From Flavobacterium sp. (GTDB lineage Bacteria > Pseudomonadota > Gammaproteobacteria > Pseudomonadales > Azotimanducaceae), in assembly GCA_047616645.1 (NCBI GenBank), contig JBLHIH010000001.1, forward strand, positions 14,775 to 78,774: 64,000 bases of DNA, written 5' to 3'. Below, piece after piece: positions 57,194 to 64,000 of the stretch. Every line of letters starts with the position of its first letter. Within the stretch, counting starts at the first letter, position 1. The notes beneath the pieces were generated by a model. The model made no database searches, was not told the DNA's origin, and worked only from the letters and a program-made list of their open reading frames with translations. The position numbers and the translations under genes are program-made.

Positions 57194-58435
57194 CTAGTGG
57201 CTCGCGGCGGTTGCACCGGCTTCATTGATTTGTTGGTAACGATAGAACCGTTCGAGCTCGAAGGGTTTAATCAGTTCGGGAACCTCTTGAGTCGCGATAA
57301 GGTCAGCCATGGTTTTTCCGCAAATGGGTGTGGCTTTAAACCCCCAAGTTCCCCAGCCGGCATCAAGATAATAATTTTTGACAGGGCTTAGTCCCATAAT
57401 GGGGCTATAGTCTGGTGTCATGTCAGTGGTTCCAGCCCACTGGCGTAGCATTTTTGCTTGAGCCAAAAAAGGGAATAATTCCAACGCGGCCGCAGATAGA
57501 CTTTCTTTTTGGTTCAGTGTTGAACGCGTGTTATACAGTGGATAAGGGTCCGAGCCACCACCAATAACGAACTCGCCTCGGGAGGTTTGGTGTATATATA
57601 CATGTACGTGTGGCGAACTTACATGGGGCGTCAGAATGGGTTTGTAGGGTTGGGTAACCATTGCTTGAAGAGGGTATGAATGAATGGGTAGTTTTATACC
57701 GGCTAAATCTGCGACAACAGAGCTTGAGCCGGCTACCGCCTGGACTACACAGCCACACGCTATGCGTCCGCGATTTGTATTCACCGCTTTAACTCTACCG
57801 GCTTCTATTTCAATGCCCTGCACTTCTGTTAGTTGATGTAATTCAACGCCTCGTTCACAAGCGCCTTTAGCATAACCCCATGCAACAGCGTCGTGTCGAG
57901 CCGTCGCACCATCTGCATGCCAAAGACCAGCAAGAATAGGGAACTGTGAATCTGGGTTTATGTGCAAATTAGGCACTAGCTCACGAATAGTCTGAGTGTC
58001 GACCAGCTCTGAACGAACACCTAAATGCTGATTCACCTCTGCACGCCATCGAAAACTTCGAATAGCGGCATCGGTGTGAGCCAATGTTAGTTGTCCACGA
58101 TTTTCGTACATGACGTTATAGCCAAATTCATTACTGAGGTTTTGAAACATCTTTACCGACTCGCGATAAAAGGAAACGCCTTCTTCAGTTAAATAATTTG
58201 ATCGAATAACTGCTGTATTCCTAGCTGTATTTCCGCCGCCTAGATAGCCTTTGTCCAATACAGCAACATTTGTGATGCCGTAGTATTTTGCCAAATTGTA
58301 GGCTATGGCGGTACCGTGGCCACCGGCACCAATGATAACGACATCGTAATGTTTTTTTAAATCCTGAGTTGGTGTAAAATGGTGTTTGTCGGCATGGTCT
58401 TTCTTAAGACCGTATTTAAGTAATGCAAAAGGCAT
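57194..58435 (-). CDS. soxB: sarcosine oxidase beta subunit
   Basis: 413-aa ORF. VVIIGAGGHG FAD motif and a DAO-family body. NTARNTAVIRSNY block typical of heterotetrameric SoxB. Confidence 0.9.
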   Translation of the reverse strand: MPFALLKYGLKKDHADKHHFTPTQDLKKHYDVVIIGAGGHGTAIAYNLAKYYGITNVAVLDKGYLGGGNTARNTAVIRSNYLTEEGVSFYRESVKMFQNLSNEFGYNVMYENRGQLTLAHTDAAIRSFRWRAEVNQHLGVRSELVDTQTIRELVPNLHINPDSQFPILAGLWHADGATARHDAVAWGYAKGACERGVELHQLTEVQGIEIEAGRVKAVNTNRGRIACGCVVQAVAGSSSVVADLAGIKLPIHSYPLQAMVTQPYKPILTPHVSSPHVHVYIHQTSRGEFVIGGGSDPYPLYNTRSTLNQKESLSAAALELFPFLAQAKMLRQWAGTTDMTPDYSPIMGLSPVKNYYLDAGWGTWGFKATPICGKTMADLIATQEVPELIKPFELERFYRYQQINEAGATAASH

Positions 58436-58528
58436 CGCTATGCTCCCTCGGCTACTTCGATTTTTACATTGGCGCTTAAAACGATGAATAAATTTTCATC
58501 AACCCTGATCGACATAATGTATATTTTC

Positions 58529-59404
58529 CTAAAAAATCACGGTCTTTTTCCCATCGATAAACACGCGTCTCTCGATGTGATATTTGACAGCCTTCGCTAA
58601 GGCCATCGACTCATTGTCTCGTCCGATTCGAACCAAATCATCTGGTGTATAATTATGATCCACTCGACTCAGCCGTTGCTCAATAATAGGTCCTTCGTCA
58701 AGATCTGAAGTGACATAATGTGCAGTGGCACCGATGACCTTAACACCTCGATTAAAGGCTTGTCGGTAAGGGCTAGCGCCCTTGAAACCAGGTAAGAAAG
58801 AATGGTGGATATTAATGCAACGACCATTTAATTCCTTCGAAAGTGCATCAGATAAAATTTGCATATAACGCGCCAACACAACCAACTCAGCTCCAGTTTC
58901 CTCTACTATTTTAAGTAAACGCTGCTCTTGTTCAGGCTTATTTCTTTTATCTTTATCGATGGGTAAATGAATGAAGCGAATACCTTCACGCTCTACCATA
59001 GGACGGCAATCTTGGTGATTGGATACAATTGCAGTGATATCAAGATTCAATTCACCGTGACGTTTTCTATATAGGAGGTCATCTAGACAATGGTCAAAAC
59101 GAGAAACCATGATGACTGTTTTTACAGCTTGTTGATCGGTGTATAAGTGCCATACCATATCAAAGACTTGAGCGACTGATTCAAATTCACTTTCTAATTC
59201 TTCAATATCAGGTGAGTTTTCTTGACGTTTAAACACCATACGTAGGAAAAAATTTCCATTATCCAAACTATCAAACTGTCCTAACGCACAGATATAACAG
59301 TGATTGTCAGAAAAATAACCAGATATCGCGGCAACGATGCCAATACCTGCGGGGCATTGGACGGTCAAAATATAGTTTTCAGTATTTTTATCAAAATTCA
59401 GCAT
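58529..59404 (-). CDS. purU: formyltetrahydrofolate deformylase
   Basis: 291-aa ORF. N-terminal ACT domain plus formyltransferase core (INIHHSFLPGFKGA, GATAHYVTSDLDEGPII). Confidence 0.9.
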   Translation of the reverse strand: MLNFDKNTENYILTVQCPAGIGIVAAISGYFSDNHCYICALGQFDSLDNGNFFLRMVFKRQENSPDIEELESEFESVAQVFDMVWHLYTDQQAVKTVIMVSRFDHCLDDLLYRKRHGELNLDITAIVSNHQDCRPMVEREGIRFIHLPIDKDKRNKPEQEQRLLKIVEETGAELVVLARYMQILSDALSKELNGRCINIHHSFLPGFKGASPYRQAFNRGVKVIGATAHYVTSDLDEGPIIEQRLSRVDHNYTPDDLVRIGRDNESMALAKAVKYHIERRVFIDGKKTVIF

Positions 59405-59456
59405 AAGATCTTTTTCTATTGGTATTCATTAAGACACAAAATTCAGTTATAACAAG

Positions 59457-60119
59457 CTAGTCGTTATCAACTAACCCCGCTCCGGCGCCCTCACGTGAAG
59501 ACGTAGTTGAAGGTGCGTAATTTCGATAAGCAAAAGCGTTAAGGTAATCCCAACTCTCACTATCAATCTCACGACCCATCTCGAGTGGCAGTACGGTATT
59601 CGTCTCTGCCTCTGACTCTGCAGTGACCGCGCGGCAACAAATTTTATCTGTGCTCAATATTGTCATCGCGGCCTTATTTCCTTCGATCGATAAACCGCCA
59701 TCTGGCGTGATGATAAGTGTTAATTCCAGCCAACAAATCTCAACCGCAACATGCCTTAATTTCGAGGCGAATGCGGCATAGGGAATCACTAAAAGCGGCA
59801 GTGTGGTGGTCGAAAGTTCAAATTTATGGCCTGTTGCAAGCTCCCCTGAAAGGTCTGAAAGCGCAGCCCCTGCAGCCAAAGGAGACAGTATTCCGCTTTT
59901 GGCCTGCCACACTTCATTTATAGAAACCGGCGCAACTTCGCTATGGTCTTTGCCCTCATTTTCCTTAAGTAAGGCAGCTAAAAACTCTGGACCTGGCAAA
60001 CCGTGAGCTGACAGCCAACGGATAGCCTTTCCGGTTTCCTCCGCAACACCCCAATCCAGGTTTGCGCCATGTGCTGCACGCTTACTCATAGCTTCAATTT
60101 CGTTTAATGAATACATCAA
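59457..60119 (-). CDS. hypothetical protein (no recognised motif; possibly DUF3726-like, by uncertain recollection)
   Basis: 220-aa ORF. Its start overlaps the stop of the upstream 573-aa ORF by 4 nt. Coding-like composition. Confidence 0.5.
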   Translation of the reverse strand: MMYSLNEIEAMSKRAAHGANLDWGVAEETGKAIRWLSAHGLPGPEFLAALLKENEGKDHSEVAPVSINEVWQAKSGILSPLAAGAALSDLSGELATGHKFELSTTTLPLLVIPYAAFASKLRHVAVEICWLELTLIITPDGGLSIEGNKAAMTILSTDKICCRAVTAESEAETNTVLPLEMGREIDSESWDYLNAFAYRNYAPSTTSSREGAGAGLVDND

Positions 60120-61837
60120 GCTATTTCTGCCCGCGATACACTGTTATTTTTGGGTAAGGTCGGATACGACCAATCATCGGCATCAGATACAGAAAGTTCG
60201 TTAGGGAAAGGTGCACCTTGAAACATATTAATGCGCAACCAACGGTCTGAACGGGGATCAAAATGCGTTGCCCCAAAAAAAGACAACTTACAACGCAAAA
60301 GATCAATCGGCAGCAAGCGTGACGAAATCGTATTATCGCGAATCTCAGCATAAGGAAGGCGATCTGTAATCTGTGCTCGCCTTACAATATGTCGGTGTTT
60401 CGGGTGCTGCAGAAGAAAAGCAGCTACCGTATTAACTTTTTCTGTCTGAGTTTCCCAAGTAAGAAGATCTCCGTACATTTGAGCTGCATCTCGCCCAGGT
60501 GAAAGTTTTTGTTCGTAGCAAGTGAGTTCTTCCTCAAATCGCTCGCCAAGCCGTGGCTCTTGTTTTTCTTCAGAGATATACCATACTTTCGAATGGGTAT
60601 TGGCTTGAGACCAATGTAGCTTCAAGGCAAATTGATAAACATCTTCGACAATACTGATCAGGCGCGTGGTGGACATCGAGCCATCAATAACAAATTGCGT
60701 ACTTTCATCGATACTCATAGAATCGGTGAGATCATCAACAAGTTCTCCATAAGGCTCAAACATCAGGGAAACAAGCTGTTCTTGGCCTTCTAGTGAAAGG
60801 TTTTCTTCGCTCCATTTAAAAAGTTCGTTCCATGGCTGTTCACCGACCAATACGCCTTTTTCGATGTGTATCTGCAAGCGCTGCAGGTCTGCTTTGAGTT
60901 TTATTAATTTTTCTTTTTGTAGTTCATGATCAGAAACCCATTCGTTTGTATTACTTTGAGCACGTGCCAACATAATCCGAAACAAGGACCGCTCTTCTAC
61001 CGTCGCTCGGGCCACCTGTCTTACCCTCGAAAGTGCCGTTTCTTTTGCAAGGATCCAATTGTGCATCAAGGAAGGATGATTAATTAAAAAAGGCGCCATT
61101 CCCAAGCCAGTTGAATTGCCTACTGCAAATCGTCGGCGCAGGCAGGATTCTATTTTTACAGCGGTATTTGGTGATCGCAGGTAAGCCATATGCTCTACCA
61201 AATCAAGCGTATAGGCGCGAGTTAAGAAGACAGAGAGCATTTCGGGTTGGAAAGGTGCAGAAAATTCAGGCCGCTCAGCAATCATATCCCTATCTGCCGC
61301 TCCAAGTTTGCCAGAACCATATACCGCGCTTGTGCGCATGAGATAACCGACTGATCTTACCTGTTTAGAATCAGGCTGGTTGCCTGCCGCTAGACTCTCG
61401 ACTACATGATTAAATAGTCGAACAGAGCGATTGGCGCGAGATACACTGAGTTCATGATAGCTCACGCGCCCCGCTTCTTGTTTCGGTATATTGTTGCGTA
61501 AACGTTGGATGTCTACCGTTGTCGGAATGCCATCAAAGAGGGTGAATGTTGAGTCCCATGCAGTGGCAATGACACGGTCTGAACGTTGTTCAGGTGGCAA
61601 GTCGTGTCCAAAGCAGACTAGGCTATAACTCCGTTCTGGTCCGTGGGCGCTATAGACCGCTGTTCCCACTCCTTTTGTATCAATATCAAAAATGGGTCGG
61701 TCAAATGTCCAGTTTTCACGCTTTAATCGACGTAAAAGCGTACGCATAAACGATAGTCTGCACTGGTGAAAAGAACCTAAGCGATCCAAGCGCATGACCG
61801 TTTCAGGCGATCGTAAAGATACTTCTAATTGCAGCAC
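60116..61837 (-). CDS. hypothetical protein, 573 aa, soluble-looking, no recognised domain or cofactor motif
   Basis: Long uninterrupted ORF on the operon strand, 23 nt downstream of the BCCT gene. I see no TM segments, P-loop, Rossmann or Cys-cluster motifs. Confidence 0.55.
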   Translation of the reverse strand: MLQLEVSLRSPETVMRLDRLGSFHQCRLSFMRTLLRRLKRENWTFDRPIFDIDTKGVGTAVYSAHGPERSYSLVCFGHDLPPEQRSDRVIATAWDSTFTLFDGIPTTVDIQRLRNNIPKQEAGRVSYHELSVSRANRSVRLFNHVVESLAAGNQPDSKQVRSVGYLMRTSAVYGSGKLGAADRDMIAERPEFSAPFQPEMLSVFLTRAYTLDLVEHMAYLRSPNTAVKIESCLRRRFAVGNSTGLGMAPFLINHPSLMHNWILAKETALSRVRQVARATVEERSLFRIMLARAQSNTNEWVSDHELQKEKLIKLKADLQRLQIHIEKGVLVGEQPWNELFKWSEENLSLEGQEQLVSLMFEPYGELVDDLTDSMSIDESTQFVIDGSMSTTRLISIVEDVYQFALKLHWSQANTHSKVWYISEEKQEPRLGERFEEELTCYEQKLSPGRDAAQMYGDLLTWETQTEKVNTVAAFLLQHPKHRHIVRRAQITDRLPYAEIRDNTISSRLLPIDLLRCKLSFFGATHFDPRSDRWLRINMFQGAPFPNELSVSDADDWSYPTLPKNNSVSRAEIA

Positions 61838-61860
61838 TATCGCAACCTCACGAAAATCAT

Positions 61861-63423
61861 TCAGAGAATACCTTGTTCTTTAGCCAATTCTCTTGCGATT
61901 TTTGGCGCTGTCCACAAAGCGGGTAACAGCACAAAAGATACGGGCACCGCTGTTACCACAATAAAAGATTGTAAAGCTGATACCCCTCCGTCCCCGATAG
62001 ATATCAATATAGCTGCTACTAGTCCCATCATAACGCCCCAATAAATGCGTAGGAATGCGGGTGGATGGGTAGTACCCGTCATCACCATCGAGATGGTATA
62101 GGTCATGGAATCACCCGTTGTCGCGACAAAGATAGTGGTCAAAATAAGAAACAATATTGAGATCACAAACCCCATGGGCAACTGCTGGGTCATTGCTAGG
62201 AGAGCAGCCGGTAAACCTGCGCCTTCTACTGCGTGAGATATCACACCCGGAAATGCCAGCTCAAAAGCGATACCCGTGCCGCCAACGATTGTGAACCAAA
62301 AGCACGTGACAATGGGGGCGACAATAGATATCGCCAAAACAATTTCACGTATGGTCCTACCTCTGGAAATACGAGATATAAACATCGCCATCAAGGGCCC
62401 ATAACCCAAGAACCAACCCCAGAAAAAAGCTGTCCATGAGTTTACCCATGCCGTATCGGCTCGATAAGTTGCCATGGGAATAAATCTTTCTATGTAAAGG
62501 CCAAAGGAGTGAATAAAACTATCAAAAATAAACGCAGTCGGTCCAAGCAGTAAAATAAAGGCAATTAATGCCAATGCAAGCCAAATATTAAAAGTACTTA
62601 ATATTTGGATGCCTCGACTAACGCCTGATACGGCAGAAATTGTGTAGATGACAATTAAGAAAATAATGATAGCCAATTGTGTGCCGTAACTATTCGCTAT
62701 GCCAAATAACTCCGAAAGACCATAGCCTACTTGCAAGCCTAAGAAACCTATTGGACCAACAGTTCCTGCAACCACAGTGATCACACAGGATGCATCAACT
62801 ACTGCGCCAAACCATCCGTGTAGGACTTTATCGCCAAATACTGGATATAAAAGTGTTCGTGGTTTTAGGGGTAGATGTTTATGGTAATGAAGGTGCATCA
62901 GTACAATTGCCGTCAGACTACCTAAAATTGCCCAGGCCAAAAAGCCCCAATGCATGAAACTCTGAGTCAAGGCGGGGTAAATTGCGTCTACTGATTTCGC
63001 TTCAACACCGAACAAGGGTGGAGGTGATAAAAAATGTGCCATGGGTTCAGCCGCAGCCCAAAAAACCCCTCCTCCTGCAAGAAGCGTACACATGATGATA
63101 GATATCCACTTGAAGGTCGACATCTCAGGACCCTCTATATTGCCTAAGCGAACTTCACCGCAGCGAGATAAAGCGACCCACAAGCCGATGAGAAAGGTTG
63201 CCAGCAAAAGGACTTGCCAATAGGCCCCAAAGTGCGAGATACAAAACTGGTATGCGACATTCACTAGGGTTGCCAGCAATGTCATATCGACCAATGCCGT
63301 AACGACAAATAGCATAATAAAGCCGCCACTTAGGATGAAAACTGGCCAGTCAACACCCATCGATGACTGTGATTCGGCTTCATTGTCTGGGTCTGTTGTC
63401 GATGCACCAACTGCGTTATTCAT
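61861..63423 (-). CDS. BCCT family (betaine/carnitine/choline) transporter
   Basis: 520-aa 12-TM ORF with the BCCT signature region WTAFFWGWFLGYGPLMAMFISRISRGRTIREI. Confidence 0.9.
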   Translation of the reverse strand: MNNAVGASTTDPDNEAESQSSMGVDWPVFILSGGFIMLFVVTALVDMTLLATLVNVAYQFCISHFGAYWQVLLLATFLIGLWVALSRCGEVRLGNIEGPEMSTFKWISIIMCTLLAGGGVFWAAAEPMAHFLSPPPLFGVEAKSVDAIYPALTQSFMHWGFLAWAILGSLTAIVLMHLHYHKHLPLKPRTLLYPVFGDKVLHGWFGAVVDASCVITVVAGTVGPIGFLGLQVGYGLSELFGIANSYGTQLAIIIFLIVIYTISAVSGVSRGIQILSTFNIWLALALIAFILLLGPTAFIFDSFIHSFGLYIERFIPMATYRADTAWVNSWTAFFWGWFLGYGPLMAMFISRISRGRTIREIVLAISIVAPIVTCFWFTIVGGTGIAFELAFPGVISHAVEGAGLPAALLAMTQQLPMGFVISILFLILTTIFVATTGDSMTYTISMVMTGTTHPPAFLRIYWGVMMGLVAAILISIGDGGVSALQSFIVVTAVPVSFVLLPALWTAPKIARELAKEQGIL

Positions 63424-63477
63424 AAATTCCTCTACATATGCTGCTTACGGTTAATGCGAATGACAACACTGCTTTTT

Positions 63478-64000
63478 TCATTTTAAATTGGCGTGTGTAA
63501 ATGACTTCTCAAAGAAGGAAAGCCAGTTTCCACCCATCACTTTAATGATTTCCTCATCATTAAATCCGACATTTTCCAAGCCTGTTACGATATTGATCAT
63601 ATCTTTGGAGTCCTCAAACCAATCTGGCTGACGTGGCCATGCCTGATCATTTGCTGAGCCTTCTCCATAATCTACCGACTTTGTCCAGCGTCCGTTTCTC
63701 ATCCACTCGAGTGTTGAATAATCCCATTTTTTACAGAGGTCCGAGCCTATTCCAATTCGATCAATACCGATCATTTCTGCTGTTGCAGCGATCATTTTGC
63801 AGAATTCCTGCAAGGTGCAATCTGAGCCATTATTTAGATGAAACGGATACATACTAAACCCAAACATACCTCGGGATTCGCCAATCGCTTTTAAAACATC
63901 ATCTGATTTGTTGCGTAAAGCCTTATGGAAAAATGTTGGGTTTGCGTGAGTGATGGCTATCGGACGCTCCGATAGTTCTATCGCTTCGAGCGTTGACCGC
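63478..64000 (-). CDS. peptidase M19 (membrane dipeptidase-like) family protein, 5' end outside the window
   Basis: The reading frame is open to the window edge: ...RPIAITHANPTFFHKALRNKSDDVLKAIGESRGMFGFSMYP...IGIDRIGIGSDLC...GFNDEEIIKVMGGNWLSFF. This matches the C-terminal two-thirds of M19 enzymes. Confidence 0.75.
   Translation of the reverse strand, partial: RSTLEAIELSERPIAITHANPTFFHKALRNKSDDVLKAIGESRGMFGFSMYPFHLNNGSDCTLQEFCKMIAATAEMIGIDRIGIGSDLCKKWDYSTLEWMRNGRWTKSVDYGEGSANDQAWPRQPDWFEDSKDMINIVTGLENVGFNDEEIIKVMGGNWLSFFEKSFTHANLK

Noticed and set aside
1-64000. Mobile elements, CRISPR arrays, rRNA/tRNA genes, and defence or toxin-antitoxin systems.
   Set aside because: I saw no transposase, integrase or recombinase-like ORFs, no long terminal inverted repeats, no regularly spaced direct repeats and no structured RNA gene signatures. 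This was reading by eye only, so small elements could have been missed.

Overview
The window looks like core and accessory metabolic chromosome from a moderately AT-rich, probably marine gammaproteobacterium; the taxonomy is a guess from gene content such as phoBR-pstSCAB-phoU, hemF, ybdL/yafV and selU. I found no rRNA, tRNA, CRISPR array, IS element or prophage. Gene content from start to end: acyl-CoA ligase, gpsA, two small hydrolases. A tightly coupled amidohydrolase-Rieske-lutABC-flavodoxin operon. A decayed M19 dipeptidase pseudogene. The complete phoB-phoR-pstSCAB-phoU cluster. A secreted Prx-like redoxin gene interrupted by a single in-frame TGA. GNAT, SDR, a stand-alone divergent MraY paralogue, yafV/ybdL. 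A frameshifted ComFB-like gene, an M19 dipeptidase lipoprotein, hemF. A CitE/malate-synthase-like gene with two acyl-CoA dehydrogenases and an LLM oxidoreductase. TetR, IOR-type 2-oxoacid:ferredoxin oxidoreductase and leucine dehydrogenase. Two secreted proteins of unknown function. A CPA1 antiporter fused to a cNMP-binding domain. A frameshifted degenerate GGDEF-EAL gene. selU, a ModE-like regulator and NAD-dependent formate dehydrogenase fdsGBAD. Finally a long minus-strand cluster: M19-like hydrolase, BCCT transporter, two unknown proteins, purU, soxBDAG and an Ldh_2 dehydrogenase. The most interesting signals are two. (1) The TGA sits exactly at the first redox position of a W-U-P-F-C motif and is followed by a hairpin, which makes a candidate secreted selenoprotein; selU in the same window independently shows selenium use. 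(2) A translationally coupled 573-aa plus 220-aa gene pair with no motif I recognise is embedded between a BCCT transporter and purU-soxBDAG. All functional calls come from motif and family recognition by eye; no searches were run.
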